A stretch of DNA of 64,000 bases, taken from assembly GCA_965203275.1 (NCBI GenBank), contig OZ241865.1:2304001-2368000 (forward strand). Reading direction: 5' to 3'. This document shows, piece by piece, positions 20,294 to 31,250 of the stretch; the first letter of the stretch is position 1, and each line of letters opens with the position of its first letter. The notes under the pieces are model-generated. The model was not told the DNA's origin. It did no database searches and was given only the letters and a program-made list of their open reading frames with translations. The position numbers and the translations under genes are program-made. The stretch is from Bdellovibrionales bacterium. Lineage in GTDB: Bacteria > Bdellovibrionota > Bdellovibrionia > Bdellovibrionales > JAUICD01.

Positions 20294-21601
20294 ATGAATA
20301 TGAAATGGATGAATATGAAATGGATGAATATGAACACTATAGACAAAAAAACCATTCGCATTGAAGGTGATATCCCTGTACAATTACCTATTCACAATGG
20401 CAGTCGCTTTTTATTTATCAGTTATGATCAGAGTGCTTTAACACACGGTATTCATAAATATCCAGCAAAGTTTTTTCCTGAACTGCCTCGCTGGTTTATT
20501 CAAAGATATTCTCAACCTGGTGATATCATTCTTGATCCTTTCATGGGAAGTGGTACCACTAATTTGGAAGCTTCATTACTTGGACGTCACAGTGTAGGTG
20601 TAGATGTGGATCCGTTCTCTCGATTTATTGCAACAGTTAAGACAACCCCATTGCCAACACAGAGGCTTATAAAGGTTTATAATGAACTTAAAGCAAAAGT
20701 GAGCCTTTATGTTGAACCAAAGCATCTAAAAAATGTTCCTGATTTTCCTTATAGGGATAAATGGTTTAAGCCTTACATTCTCAAGGAATTAGCGTACATC
20801 AAGACATCTATTGAACGATTACAGACAGTTCAATCTATTAAAAATTTTTTTCTTGTTTGTTTTTCTTCTATCATTCGGCAAGTTTCTGAAGCAGACAATA
20901 ATTGTACAAGAACAGTTATAAGGAAGAAACTCAACAAGCAGGTTTTGCCATGTTATGCAATAAATTTGTTTTTGAAAAAGATAGAAGTACATGTAAAAAA
21001 TATGATTCTTTTTGCAAAAAAGAAACCAAAGGGAAGAGTCACCATTCCTCAAAATGTGGATGCAAGAGATATGTCTGTTTTTCAGGATGAAATTTTTAAT
21101 CTTGCTATCACCTCTCCTCCTTATTTGAATGCAGTAGATTATCCTCGTACACATCAGCTAGAGATATATTGGTTAGGCTTTGCTAGTGGTTCACTTAAGT
21201 CACTTAAAAGTCACCATGTAGGATCAGAGATTGTATCATCAAAAGAATACTCTCAGTTTCATAAAACAAATTGTCAGCTTGCCAATGATGTTATTGATAA
21301 AATTTATAAAATTGATCCACGCCGTGCTTATATTGCAACAAAATACATACAAGACATGATCATTAACTTACGTGAAGTTTATCGTGTGTTAAAATGTGGA
21401 TCTCCATACATCATTGTGGTTGGTAATAATTTGATTCGTGGTTTTCCATTTGAAACATGGCGTTATCTTCAAGAGGAAGCACTTAAAATAGGCTATAAAG
21501 TAGAGTCTTATTTTGTATCAGAAATCATCAATCACTTTATCAAAGTTCCACGTAAAGAACGCATTAACAATGATTATATTCTTATCTTAAGGAAGCCATA
21601 A
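20294..21601 (+). CDS. DNA methyltransferase, N4C-type, alpha-class motif order
   Basis: HKYPAKF, DPFMGSGTT before ITSPPY; several possible ATGs 20294-20330. Confidence 0.88.
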   Translation: MNMKWMNMKWMNMNTIDKKTIRIEGDIPVQLPIHNGSRFLFISYDQSALTHGIHKYPAKFFPELPRWFIQRYSQPGDIILDPFMGSGTTNLEASLLGRHSVGVDVDPFSRFIATVKTTPLPTQRLIKVYNELKAKVSLYVEPKHLKNVPDFPYRDKWFKPYILKELAYIKTSIERLQTVQSIKNFFLVCFSSIIRQVSEADNNCTRTVIRKKLNKQVLPCYAINLFLKKIEVHVKNMILFAKKKPKGRVTIPQNVDARDMSVFQDEIFNLAITSPPYLNAVDYPRTHQLEIYWLGFASGSLKSLKSHHVGSEIVSSKEYSQFHKTNCQLANDVIDKIYKIDPRRAYIATKYIQDMIINLREVYRVLKCGSPYIIVVGNNLIRGFPFETWRYLQEEALKIGYKVESYFVSEIINHFIKVPRKERINNDYILILRKP

Positions 21602-22459
21602 TGGATCATAAAAACTATTTTTGAGGTCGTCATTTGTTATTAATCTGCCTCCTGTTTGCTTAGCTAAAATATCCTTTTGTACTAATGTCTTTATATCAGA
21701 TAGCATCCTAGACTGACAGACAATCAAGAGCGTATCCATGCCCATAGCTCCACAACCTTTCACCACTGTTTTAGGAAAGTATTTTTTAATATGTTGTTTT
21801 AGTTTTTGTGTATTTTGACAACAAAATCTCTTTTCCTCTAAACATTGAGCAAATTCTTCTAAAGCCTTTAAAAATTCTGGTATGTTTTTTTGTAAGAGGG
21901 CCTTAATGGCTTTTTGGCTTTTTTGAGCAAGCAACTGACAAGCTTGTAAGTTAATATTTTCTTTAAGATGTTGATGTGTCAATATTTTATGACCTGTTGT
22001 GCAGATCACAAAACTTAAACCTTTAAAAAATTCTTTAAAAGGAAGAATCTTGAAAGTATTTTTTGGTATATCAATATAACACATTCCACCTAAGCATTGA
22101 GAGAGGACATCAACTCCACTAGGAGCAATGCCACCTTGACCCATATCTTTTTGATATTGGTTTTTAATTTTAGAAGCTAATTTTGCAGAGAGGTTATGAT
22201 GAAAGAGACATGTTTTTTCATATTCGCTAAGGTGATTGCCAGAAAGATATTGACAGAGCCATTTGGCACTTGAAGCTCCAAAGCCTCCTACTTTAGAGGC
22301 TTTTTGGGTTTTGTCGTTTTGATTTTGTTGGTATGGGTCTAAAAAGTGTCCATCTTGAAATTGAAAGTAGGGGAGGGTATTAAGGAGCAAAGCACCTCCT
22401 TCTTGTAGGACACCATATTCTCCTATGAGAAATGTTTTACTTGGAATTAAAAAAGGCAT
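21587..22459 (-). CDS. GHMP kinase, mevalonate/phosphomevalonate kinase-like
   Basis: PSKTFLIGEY, GFGASSA, PSGVD, KGCGAMGMD. Confidence 0.75.
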   Translation of the reverse strand: MPFLIPSKTFLIGEYGVLQEGGALLLNTLPYFQFQDGHFLDPYQQNQNDKTQKASKVGGFGASSAKWLCQYLSGNHLSEYEKTCLFHHNLSAKLASKIKNQYQKDMGQGGIAPSGVDVLSQCLGGMCYIDIPKNTFKILPFKEFFKGLSFVICTTGHKILTHQHLKENINLQACQLLAQKSQKAIKALLQKNIPEFLKALEEFAQCLEEKRFCCQNTQKLKQHIKKYFPKTVVKGCGAMGMDTLLIVCQSRMLSDIKTLVQKDILAKQTGGRLITNDDLKNSFYDPLWLP

Positions 22460-22573
22460 TTTCTTCCTTCTTAAGGCTTGATTTTTTTATTTATAGCTGT
22501 ATAGTGTTTAACTGTAAAGTAAGGTCACTTACAAATAATATTTTTATAGAACAACAAAACAAATTGATGAAAA

Positions 22574-22810
22574 ATGGCAGATAAAGATGAAAAATTTGAA
22601 GATAATGTACCGGGGAAGTACTATGTGGACACATCTTGTATTGCCTGCGACGCTTGCTCTGTGGCAGCCCCAGATAACTTTAAACTAAGTGAGGAGTTAG
22701 AACATGCCTTTGTTGCAAAACAACCCTCCTCACCGCAAGAAGAAGAAGAATGTCAAGAGGCCCTTGAAAGTTGCCCTGTCGAAGCCATTGGCAGTGATGG
22801 GGACAAATAA
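22574..22810 (+). CDS. Ferredoxin
   Basis: CIACDAC...CPVEAI, acidic. Confidence 0.92.
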   Translation: MADKDEKFEDNVPGKYYVDTSCIACDACSVAAPDNFKLSEELEHAFVAKQPSSPQEEEECQEALESCPVEAIGSDGDK

Positions 22811-23438
22811 AGCCAGTAGAAATCAACAAATTATTTTAAAGCTACTCAAAGAACATTATCAATCTTCTCGATGTGCTTTATCTTATAAAACGCCTTACCA
22901 ACTGCTTGTGGCAACTATTCTTTCAGCTCAATGTACAGATCAGAGAGTCAACCAAGTCACGCCTGCTCTTTTTAAGAAATATCCAGATGCTCAAAAAATG
23001 TCTCAAGCTCATCTGAAAGAGATAGAGACTCTCATTCGATCGACTGGTTTTTACAAAAACAAAGCTAAACATATTTTAGCTACCTCTCAGGAGGTGGTCA
23101 GGCAATATAAAGGGCAAGTTCCTTGTACAATGGAGGAGTTAAGTCGTTTACCAGGCGTAGGAAGGAAAACAGCTAATGTGGTTTTAGGTAATGCCTTTGG
23201 TATTCCTGGGATAGTGGTAGACACTCATGTCACAAGGCTCTCTAATCGACTGGGATTAGCTAGTGGGTTAAATGCTGTGAAGTTAGAAAAAGACTTAGAA
23301 AGAGTTGTGTGCCGAGAAGATTGGATTGACTTTTCACACTGGATGATTTGGCATGGTCGAAAGCTTTGCAAAGCTAGAAAACCTCTGTGTGGAGATTGCT
23401 TTCTACAACATGTATGTACTTTTTCTCACTTGAAATAA
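22797..23438 (+). CDS. nth: Endonuclease III
   Basis: ILSAQCTD, LPGVGRKTANVV, VDTHV, C-x6-C-x2-C-x5-C. Confidence 0.95.
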   Translation: MGTNKASRNQQIILKLLKEHYQSSRCALSYKTPYQLLVATILSAQCTDQRVNQVTPALFKKYPDAQKMSQAHLKEIETLIRSTGFYKNKAKHILATSQEVVRQYKGQVPCTMEELSRLPGVGRKTANVVLGNAFGIPGIVVDTHVTRLSNRLGLASGLNAVKLEKDLERVVCREDWIDFSHWMIWHGRKLCKARKPLCGDCFLQHVCTFSHLK

Positions 23439-23445
23439 GACACGT

Positions 23446-23982
23446 TTATGTTATGTGTTTTTGATTTGAATTTCTTTCATAGATGAGAAAGGTGAAAGAT
23501 GGGGTGATCTCCGGCGAATGAGTAGAAGGGCAAGCTGAAATAAGCTCAAAAGCTTTTTTATCAAAGTCAGGGAAAAAGGTATCTCCTTCATATACTTCAT
23601 CAATTAAAGTTAAATAAATACGATCTGCTATGTCCATTGTTTGCTCATAAATCTGACTTCCACCACAAATAAAAATTTCCTCTGGCCAAAGTTTCTGATC
23701 AATTTGTTTTTGACACAGTGCAATAGCGTCCTGAATAGAAGGTACAACGCAAACTTCTGCATAAGGGAATTTTAAATCTTTTTGCTGTGTGACTACCACA
23801 TTGAGGCGATCTTTTAAAGGTTTATTGGATATGGAGTTAAAAGTTTTTCGCCCCATCACAATGCAGTGTCCTTTTGTTTTTTCTTGGAAATAATGCATAT
23901 CTTCAGGGATATTCCAAGGGAGGTGATTTCCCTTACCAATCACCTTATTTTCAGACATAGCAACAATTTGAGAAATAATCAT
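23446..23982 (-). CDS. folA: Dihydrofolate reductase
   Basis: [28 protein letters not shown]. Confidence 0.95.
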   Translation of the reverse strand: MIISQIVAMSENKVIGKGNHLPWNIPEDMHYFQEKTKGHCIVMGRKTFNSISNKPLKDRLNVVVTQQKDLKFPYAEVCVVPSIQDAIALCQKQIDQKLWPEEIFICGGSQIYEQTMDIADRIYLTLIDEVYEGDTFFPDFDKKAFELISACPSTHSPEITPSFTFLIYERNSNQKHIT

Positions 23983-24776
23983 ACAGACACCTCCGCTTTA
24001 ATTTTAGGGTAAGGATGATAATTGATCAACTGAAAATCCTCATACTTAAATGCATCAATGTTTTTAATATGACGATTAAGAATTAAAGTAGGTAAGGGAC
24101 GTGGTTGCCTAGAAAGTTGTAATTTAACCTGTGGTAAATGGTTAGAGTAAATATGGGCATCTCCTAGAGTATGTACAAACTCTCCTGGTGTTAAGTCACA
24201 TACTTGAGCAATCATCATAGTTAGCAAACTATAGCTGGCAATGTTAAAAGGCACACCTAAGAACAAATCGGCACTTCTTTGATAGAGTTGACAAGACAAT
24301 TGACCGAGGTCATCCACATAAAATTGAAAAAGCGTATGGCAAGGGGGCAAAGCCATTTGATCTAAATCTGATACATTCCATGCACTGACAATCAATCTTC
24401 TAGAAGTGGGGTCTTTTTTAATTTGGCTGATCACTTGAGCAACTTGATCCACACTTTTTTGAGAGGAAACCTTCCAAGATCGCCATTGTTGTCCATAAAT
24501 AGGACCTAGATACCCTTTTGAATCAGCCCATTCATTCCAAATACTCACTTTATTTTCTTGTAAATATTTGACATTGGTATCCCCTTTTAAAAACCAAAGT
24601 AACTCATAAATAATAGAACGTAAATGAACTTTTTTGGTGGTTAAGAGCGGGAATCCTTTTTGAAGGTTATATCTAGCTTGTAGACCAAATTTGCTTAAAG
24701 TCCCTGTACCAGTGCGGTCTTTACGCTCCTGGCCTGTCTCAATAACATCTTTTAAAATATCTAAATAAGATTTCAT
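23979..24776 (-). CDS. thyA: Thymidylate synthase
   Basis: DRTGTGT, MALPPCH, YQRSAD, PFNIASY. Confidence 0.98.
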   Translation of the reverse strand: MKSYLDILKDVIETGQERKDRTGTGTLSKFGLQARYNLQKGFPLLTTKKVHLRSIIYELLWFLKGDTNVKYLQENKVSIWNEWADSKGYLGPIYGQQWRSWKVSSQKSVDQVAQVISQIKKDPTSRRLIVSAWNVSDLDQMALPPCHTLFQFYVDDLGQLSCQLYQRSADLFLGVPFNIASYSLLTMMIAQVCDLTPGEFVHTLGDAHIYSNHLPQVKLQLSRQPRPLPTLILNRHIKNIDAFKYEDFQLINYHPYPKIKAEVSV

Positions 24777-25096
24777 TTTAAATCTACTATTATGTATTTT
24801 GTTTATTTTATTTAATGATTAAATTTTTTGATTTTTTTTTAAAACCATCACATTATTTTAAAAAGTTTATATTATATATAATGGGGTCTAGTCATTGGCA
24901 AAAAATTCTTAATAATTTAAATAAAAATATACTTAATTTTGACTTTGACAGTTTATATAGATTAAACTATACCTCTACAAATTAAGATAATCATATTTTT
25001 TTATTCTGGCTTTGACTTTGATACTCTCAATAGGGTATATTTTTTAGCTTTGTAATAAATGAATAATTATAATATATTAATAGAAGGAAAGTGTTT

Positions 25097-25130
25097 ATTT
25101 GGGATCCGGGATCCGGGATCCGGCAACAGA
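25097..25130 (+). repeat. GGGATCC heptamer run
   Basis: GGGATCCGGGATCCGGGATCCGGC. Confidence 0.8.
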
Positions 25131-25164
25131 AGGGAAGGCATTTTGTTTCTTTAACATGGAAATG

Positions 25165-25274
25165 TATGAGTGGAATGCGGGGGCAGGCTTCCGAAGTCCT
25201 CAACCTTCGCTTGCTCTTGAGGGAGCAAGCGGGTTTGCGGAAGATCTTCAGCCTACCCCCGCCTCCCACTCATA
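25165..25274. other. GC-rich long hairpin of unknown function
   Basis: TATGAGTGG/CCACTCATA, GCGGGGGCAGGCT/AGCCTACCCCCGC, CGCTTGCTC/GAGCAAGCG. Confidence 0.6.
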
Positions 25275-25312
25275 ATATTTATGTTTTTTAAGAATTATAA
25301 TTATAAAGATGT

Positions 25313-25472
25313 CTTGTTTCCTTAACTTAATCAGTTCACATGGTGTTAAGGAACGAAAGGATCCTCCTTACTCAAAGTGAACAGGCTTTCTAGGTTGCCA
25401 GCATTTGAGAAGGCGGTAGCCTTCGGCTGGCAACCAGAAAGTGGCCAGAGGCCAGTTCACTTTGAGTGAAAA
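25313..25472 (+). repeat. Family A hairpin repeat, full copy
   Basis: ACTCAAAGTGAAC/GTTCACTTTGAGT outer stem; GAAGGC-GGTA-GCCTTC apex. Confidence 0.85.
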
Positions 25473-25565
25473 AGACAATGAAAGTTTCAAAGAAAAGATT
25501 GAGAATGATATATACAACAAAGAGTGAACATATATGATGTTATGCAGTGAGTTTCTGACCGATTG

Positions 25566-25660
25566 CCTCAAAATTGACCTTCCGGTTCTCTGAAAGGGGC
25601 TTGATCTGGTGGATCTACGAAGTGAGATAATGATAGATTCAAGGAAGGGAAATTTTGAGG
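25566..25660 (+). promoter_or_regulatory. Candidate structured leader of the S10 operon
   Basis: CCTCAAAATT/AATTTTGAGG and CCTTCC/GGAAGG stems ending ~80 nt before rpsJ. Confidence 0.4.
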
Positions 25661-25741
25661 GGGACAGTTCACGTATTTCTAAAAGAGGTACGTACGGGTA
25701 GACGAAGATCAACGAAATTAGACAATGAAAGGTACATACGT

Positions 25742-26059
25742 ATGCAAAATCAAAAAATCCATATTTGTTTAAAGGCATTTGATCACAGGTTGTTAGATCA
25801 ATCTACAAAGGAGATCATTGAAACTGTGCGTAGGACAGGTGCGAAGATATCTGGACCTATTCCTTTACCGACTCGGATTAATCGCTATACTGTTTTAACA
25901 TCTCCTCATGTTGATAAAAAATCAAGAGAACAATTTGAGATACGCACACATAAGAGGATTTTAGACATCCTTGACTCCACAAAACAAACAGTTGATCAGC
26001 TCAGTAAATTAGACCTTTCTGCAGGAGTTAATGTTGAAATTAAGCTATCAGCAAATTAA
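25742..26059 (+). CDS. rpsJ: 30S ribosomal protein uS10
   Basis: [36 protein letters not shown]. Confidence 0.98.
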   Translation: MQNQKIHICLKAFDHRLLDQSTKEIIETVRRTGAKISGPIPLPTRINRYTVLTSPHVDKKSREQFEIRTHKRILDILDSTKQTVDQLSKLDLSAGVNVEIKLSAN

Positions 26060-26159
26060 TTATTTATTTTAAATAAAATATGATACTTATAAAGAGGTAC
26101 ATAGAAGATACATACAGGGCAAGACAGTTAAATAACAATTAAACAACACAAGGTCTCTA

Positions 26160-27278
26160 ATGACTACAAACAAACCTATTGAAAAAAATACAGAAAGCAA
26201 CCTTCTAGTAGAAGATATTCCTAAAGGAGCTTCGTCTTCAGAAGATACGTCTATTCAAAAAGAAACTTCTATTCAAAAAGAATCTTCTACTCAAACAGAA
26301 ACTTCTTTACCTCAAAAACAATCCTCACAAAATGACATAAAACAAGACAAAAAAGAAAGCATATCAAAAGTCAAAGAAGATACAAAACCACCAAAAGTAC
26401 AAGTTCAAGAAAAAGATACAAACAAGCAAGAAGAAAAACCACAAGAAGTCAGCACTCAGAAAAAAGAAGATTCATCACAGGATGCTCCTAAAGAGCAAAA
26501 AGAATTACAAATAACAGATCAAAACCCAAACAAAACCCCAAAACAAAAACAAGAGGCTTTACCTCGTGAAGAAATAACAGTTCAAAAAGAACCTGATCTT
26601 CCTCATTTGCGTCTTAATGGTCTTTATGCGACAAAGTTGGGTATGTCTTCTATTTATAACGAACAAGGACAGGTTGTACCTGTTACAGTTTTGAGATTTG
26701 ACATTTGGAAGGTGACACAAATTAAAACAAAAGAAAAGGACGGATATACAGCTATTCAAATAGGTTCCATGCCTAAGTCTCAAAGAAAATCTAACAAAGC
26801 TCAAATAGGACATCTTAAAAAGTCAAGTTTTTCTAGTTCGGTGACTTTTCTGCGTGAAATTCGAGGTGATCTTCCCAAACAGCCAGATCATGTTGATGTA
26901 GCAGAAGATTCTCATGGCCAATTAGGTCAGACCATATCTATTGAAAGTCTTGCTAAAGGAGATCGAGTCCATCTTTCTTCTACTTCAAAAGGACGGGGCT
27001 TTACAGGAACAATGAAAAGATGGGGTTATGGTGGAGGGCCTTCTTCGCATGGTTCTCAATTTCACAGACAACCAGGTTCTGTGGGCATGTGTGAAGAACC
27101 TGCCAGGGTGATACCTGGTAAAGGGATGCCGGGTCGTCATGGAGGGAAGAGAGTAACTCTCAAACATGTTGAAGTTGTAGATATCCTACCAGATAAAGCT
27201 CTTATTTTAGTTAAGGGAGGTGTTCCTGGAGCTACAAACACTCTTGTACAGCTTATGAAGGAGGGGGTGTCGCAATGA
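26160..27278 (+). CDS. rplC: 50S ribosomal protein uL3 with ~150-aa N-terminal extension
   Basis: KLGMS, DGYTAIQ, SKGRGFTG, HRQPGSVG, GMPGRHG. Confidence 0.95.
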   Translation: MTTNKPIEKNTESNLLVEDIPKGASSSEDTSIQKETSIQKESSTQTETSLPQKQSSQNDIKQDKKESISKVKEDTKPPKVQVQEKDTNKQEEKPQEVSTQKKEDSSQDAPKEQKELQITDQNPNKTPKQKQEALPREEITVQKEPDLPHLRLNGLYATKLGMSSIYNEQGQVVPVTVLRFDIWKVTQIKTKEKDGYTAIQIGSMPKSQRKSNKAQIGHLKKSSFSSSVTFLREIRGDLPKQPDHVDVAEDSHGQLGQTISIESLAKGDRVHLSSTSKGRGFTGTMKRWGYGGGPSSHGSQFHRQPGSVGMCEEPARVIPGKGMPGRHGGKRVTLKHVEVVDILPDKALILVKGGVPGATNTLVQLMKEGVSQ

Positions 27279-27994
27279 CTCAAATCAATGTATTAGATTG
27301 GAATAAACAATCAATTAAAAGCATAGAACTTCCGGATAGCATTTTTGCACAGCCTGTTGCAAAGCATCTTTTACATGATGTGGTCAAATGGCAGTTAGCT
27401 AAGAAACGTAAAGGGAATCATCAAACAAAAACACGTGCTTTGGTCTCGGGAGGAGGTAAAAAACCTTTTAAACAAAAAGGTTCTGGCAGAGCTCGTCAAG
27501 GTTCTATTCGTTCTCCTTTAATGAGGGGAGGGGGTGTGATCTTTGGACCTTCTAAAAGGGATTATGATTATACTCTCCCTAGAAAAATCAAAAGGGCAGC
27601 CTTAAGGTCGGCTCTTTCTTATTTAGTGAAAGAAAAACGCTTTCATGTTGTGTCGGAGATGACCTCACAAGAAGGTAAAACAAAAGCTCTTTTCAAACAA
27701 CTGCAAAATTTTGGTATTTTGAAAACTGTCTTAATAGATCATCAAGAAAATATACAGTTTAAAAGAGCAGCTAGAAATATACCTAATATCTGTTATTACT
27801 CCACCCAAGGTCTTAATGTATATGACCTTCTCAAATATAATTCAGCTATTGTGACAGAAGGTAGCATTCAAAATATCATTACTAGATGTCAAATACCTCC
27901 TCCTGTTAAAAAGAAGACAAAACCAAAAGCACAACCTAGAGACACAAAGTCTCATAATCAAAACAACCCTCCCCATCAACAAAAGGATCATTAA
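27275..27994 (+). CDS. rplD: 50S ribosomal protein uL4
   Basis: GGGKKPFKQKGSGRARQGSIRSP. Confidence 0.97.
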   Translation: MTQINVLDWNKQSIKSIELPDSIFAQPVAKHLLHDVVKWQLAKKRKGNHQTKTRALVSGGGKKPFKQKGSGRARQGSIRSPLMRGGGVIFGPSKRDYDYTLPRKIKRAALRSALSYLVKEKRFHVVSEMTSQEGKTKALFKQLQNFGILKTVLIDHQENIQFKRAARNIPNICYYSTQGLNVYDLLKYNSAIVTEGSIQNIITRCQIPPPVKKKTKPKAQPRDTKSHNQNNPPHQQKDH

Positions 27995-27996
27995 TC

Positions 27997-28296
27997 ATGT
28001 ATCACATTATCAAAGCACCTTTAAGGACAGAAAAGAACACAGCTCTTCAAAACAACAATAATACTTATGTTTTTGAGGTGGACAGAAGGGCCAATAAAAA
28101 GCAAATTGCTAAGGCTGTTGAACAGCTTTTTGATGTCAAAGTGATGACTGTCAGGACTTTGATCAACAGATATCGGCAATACAAAAACCGGCAGTTTGGT
28201 CAGAAGATGAAAAATCAATCCAGAGTGCATTATTGGAAAAAGGCTTTTGTTCAATTATATCCAGGAAATAAAATCCGTCTTTTTGAGGGGGCTTAA
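27997..28296 (+). CDS. rplW: 50S ribosomal protein uL23
   Basis: [27 protein letters not shown]. Confidence 0.95.
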   Translation: MYHIIKAPLRTEKNTALQNNNNTYVFEVDRRANKKQIAKAVEQLFDVKVMTVRTLINRYRQYKNRQFGQKMKNQSRVHYWKKAFVQLYPGNKIRLFEGA

Positions 28297-28298
28297 TT

Positions 28299-29135
28299 AT
28301 GAGCCTTAGAAACTACAAACCTTTTACATCTTCTCGACGTACAATGACCAAATCAGACTTTTCCTCAATCACAAAAGCCCATCCAGAAAAATCATTATTG
28401 ACTAAAAAAACTCAAAAAGCAGGCCGTAACAACACAGGTCGTATGACAGTGCGTTTCCGTGGAGGGGGTCATAAGAAACGCTATCGGGTGATAGATTTTA
28501 AACGCACAAAAATTGATATTCCAGCTGTTGTAGCTGCTATTGAATATGATCCTAACAGATCAGCTTTCATAGCCCTTCTGCATTATATTGATGGAGAAAA
28601 ATCTTATATTATTGCTCCATTAAACCTAAAGGTAGGTGATCAAGTTATTGCTTCTGAATCAGCAGATATCAAGCCTGGCAATAATATGACATTAGCTCAA
28701 GTGCCATTAGGTACATTGATTCACAATGTGGAAATAAAATCACACAAAGGGGGACAATTAGCTCTTTCAGCAGGTTCTTCGGCCACTCTTGTTGCTAAGG
28801 AGGGAAAATATGTTTTAGTGAAGTTACCTTCAGGAGAGGTGAGGAAAATTCTCACTGTATGTCGTGCTTCCATTGGTCAAGTAGGTAATCCAGAAAATGA
28901 AAATACCAAAATAGGTAAAGCAGGTCGGACAAGGTGGATGGGATGGAGACCGCATGTAAGAGGGATGTGTCAAAACCCTATTGATCATCCTATGGGAGGC
29001 GGTGAAGGTAAGGGTAAGGGTAATCACCCTCAGACTCCATGGGGTAAACCTTGTAAAGGACATAAAACACGTCATAACAAAAGGAACGATGATTTGATTG
29101 TGACCCGTAGAAAACCTAGAAAGAAAAAGAAATAA
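28299..29135 (+). CDS. rplB: 50S ribosomal protein uL2
   Basis: [25 protein letters not shown]. Confidence 0.98.
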   Translation: MSLRNYKPFTSSRRTMTKSDFSSITKAHPEKSLLTKKTQKAGRNNTGRMTVRFRGGGHKKRYRVIDFKRTKIDIPAVVAAIEYDPNRSAFIALLHYIDGEKSYIIAPLNLKVGDQVIASESADIKPGNNMTLAQVPLGTLIHNVEIKSHKGGQLALSAGSSATLVAKEGKYVLVKLPSGEVRKILTVCRASIGQVGNPENENTKIGKAGRTRWMGWRPHVRGMCQNPIDHPMGGGEGKGKGNHPQTPWGKPCKGHKTRHNKRNDDLIVTRRKPRKKKK

Positions 29136-29316
29136 TAAGAAAAAGAAATAAGGTGTTTTTCATTTGTGGTCAAATAGTTAGCAAAGACTTTGATTGTTAA
29201 ATTAAAAGAGCATAAGGAGACTGAGTGGGTTTTGTTGCTTATACAAAAACTTTTCAAATATTGGTGGTTTAATTTTTAAAAATAACAAATAATAATAAAT
29301 AAAAAAGGAGAACAAA

Positions 29317-29601
29317 ATGGGACGTTCCATTAAAAAGGGACCTTTTATAGACGATCATTTGTTAAAAAAGATACATAAAGCAAAATCTCAAGCAGATCGT
29401 AAAGTCATTAAAACATGGTCGAGGCGGTCTACAATTATTCCGGATGCTGTGGGGTTGACCTTTGCTATTCACAATGGTAAAAAGTTTGTTCCTGTCTATG
29501 TGACAGAAAATATGATTGGGCATAAGTTTGGTGAATTTGCCCCTACAAGAATTTTTACTGGTCACTCCGGAGATAAAAAAATGAATGTGACAAGAAAATA
29601 G
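29317..29601 (+). CDS. rpsS: 30S ribosomal protein uS19
   Basis: [25 protein letters not shown]. Confidence 0.98.
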   Translation: MGRSIKKGPFIDDHLLKKIHKAKSQADRKVIKTWSRRSTIIPDAVGLTFAIHNGKKFVPVYVTENMIGHKFGEFAPTRIFTGHSGDKKMNVTRK

Positions 29602-29608
29602 GTGGTTT

Positions 29609-29941
29609 ATGGAATTAAAATCTTCTTTAAAATTTGTCAGGGTTGGAACACAAAAAGCCAGAGTTGTTGCTAACCTTGTAAGAGGACAGAATGTCAATAA
29701 TGCTTTGACACGACTGGCTTTTTTGAACCGCAAATCATCTCATATTATAAAAAAGCTTATTTTATCTACAGTGGAAAGGGCAAAACAAAGAGGTCATATT
29801 GATATAGATACACTTTTTATTTCAAAGATCACAGTGGATGAGGGTCCTCATTATAAGAGACATCTACCACGGGCTCAAGGACGGGCCTCTTTGATTAAAA
29901 AAAAATCAAGCCATATTTACATTGTATTAGATGAAAAATAA
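29609..29941 (+). CDS. rplV: 50S ribosomal protein uL22
   Basis: [23 protein letters not shown]. Confidence 0.96.
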   Translation: MELKSSLKFVRVGTQKARVVANLVRGQNVNNALTRLAFLNRKSSHIIKKLILSTVERAKQRGHIDIDTLFISKITVDEGPHYKRHLPRAQGRASLIKKKSSHIYIVLDEK

Positions 29942-29979
29942 TAAAAAAGATAAAAACAAACGCAAAAGGATCAAATAAA

Positions 29980-30648
29980 ATGGGACAAAAAGTTAATCCA
30001 ATTGGACTGAGATTAGGTGTTAATCGAACGTGGGATTCTCGTTGGTATACTAAAGGTCCTGGCTTTTCTAAAAACTTACATGAAGATTTTAAACTGCGAG
30101 CTTATGTGAAAAAGCAACTAAAGCATGCAGGTGTTTCTCGTGTAGAAATTGAACGGATAGCCAGTAAAATCAAAATTATTGTTTTTTCTGCTAGGCCGGG
30201 TGTAGTTATTGGAAAAAAGGGGACAGGCATTGATGCTCTCAAAGCTGACATACAACGTCTGACAAAAGATGAAGTTTTTATTAATATTCAAGAAATTAGA
30301 AAAGCTGATATAGATGCTTACTTAGTGGCTAAGAATATTGCCATTCAATTAGAAAAACGAGTTTCTTGGCGAAGAGCTTTAAAGAAAGCTTTAAAAGCAG
30401 CCATTTTAGGAGGTGTTAAGGGTATCAAGGTGCAAGTTTCAGGACGACTTGATGGAGCAGAAATTGCTAGAACAGAGTGGTATACTGAAAAAAGTGTGCC
30501 GCTACATACACTTAGAGCAGATATTGACTATCAAACAGCAGAAGCTTTAACTTCTTATGGGATCATTGGTGTGAAAGTATGGATTTATAAAGGAGATATT
30601 GTTTCTGCGAAATTGCCTCAAGCGTATAAGGAGACCATTGATGCTTAG
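29980..30648 (+). CDS. rpsC: 30S ribosomal protein uS3
   Basis: [36 protein letters not shown]. Confidence 0.98.
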   Translation: MGQKVNPIGLRLGVNRTWDSRWYTKGPGFSKNLHEDFKLRAYVKKQLKHAGVSRVEIERIASKIKIIVFSARPGVVIGKKGTGIDALKADIQRLTKDEVFINIQEIRKADIDAYLVAKNIAIQLEKRVSWRRALKKALKAAILGGVKGIKVQVSGRLDGAEIARTEWYTEKSVPLHTLRADIDYQTAEALTSYGIIGVKVWIYKGDIVSAKLPQAYKETIDA

Positions 30649-31054
30649 CCCTAAAAAAATCAAATGGAGAAAGCAATTTCGTCCTTATTTAAGAGGTAAG
30701 GCTCATTCAGGTCATAAAATCTCTTTTGGTGATTTTGGCATCCAAGCTGTTACAGCCGGTAAGTTGACCTCTCGTCAAATAGAGGCTAGCCGTATTGCCA
30801 TTAGTCGTTCTGTAAAAAGAGGAGGCCGGATGTGGATTCGTGTTTTTCCTCATATTCCTGTAACAAAAAAGCCAGCAGAAACTCGTATGGGTAGCGGTAA
30901 AGGTAATCCTGAATATTGGATTGCCCACGTAAAGCCTGGAACAGTCATTTTTGAATTGACGGGTATTGCTATAGAACAAGCTAGAAGAGCTTTTCAGCTA
31001 GCAAGTTATAAGCTTCCTATCAAAACTAAATTTTTAAAAAGAGAGGCTTTATGA
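30641..31054 (+). CDS. rplP: 50S ribosomal protein uL16
   Basis: [25 protein letters not shown]. Confidence 0.97.
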   Translation: MLSPKKIKWRKQFRPYLRGKAHSGHKISFGDFGIQAVTAGKLTSRQIEASRIAISRSVKRGGRMWIRVFPHIPVTKKPAETRMGSGKGNPEYWIAHVKPGTVIFELTGIAIEQARRAFQLASYKLPIKTKFLKREAL

Positions 31055-31245
31055 AGTACAAAAATATAAAAAATTTAGAAAAAGAAGAAATTTTAAAAAA
31101 AATTACAGCATGTTTTTCTGAACTTTTCCAACTAAAGATGAACAAAAAACTCAATCAAATTAGCAATCCTCTTAAGATCAGAAACCTAAGAAGAGATATT
31201 GCCCGTTTAAAAACTTTATTAACTGAAAAACAATCACAAAGGTAA
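31051..31245 (+). CDS. rpmC: 50S ribosomal protein uL29
   Basis: [17 protein letters not shown]; position. Confidence 0.93.
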   Translation: MKYKNIKNLEKEEILKKITACFSELFQLKMNKKLNQISNPLKIRNLRRDIARLKTLLTEKQSQR

Positions 31246-31250
31246 AATTT

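Noticed and set aside
25165..25274. SRP RNA, 6S RNA or tRNA
   Set aside because: No SRP domain IV motif, too short for 6S, and no cloverleaf.
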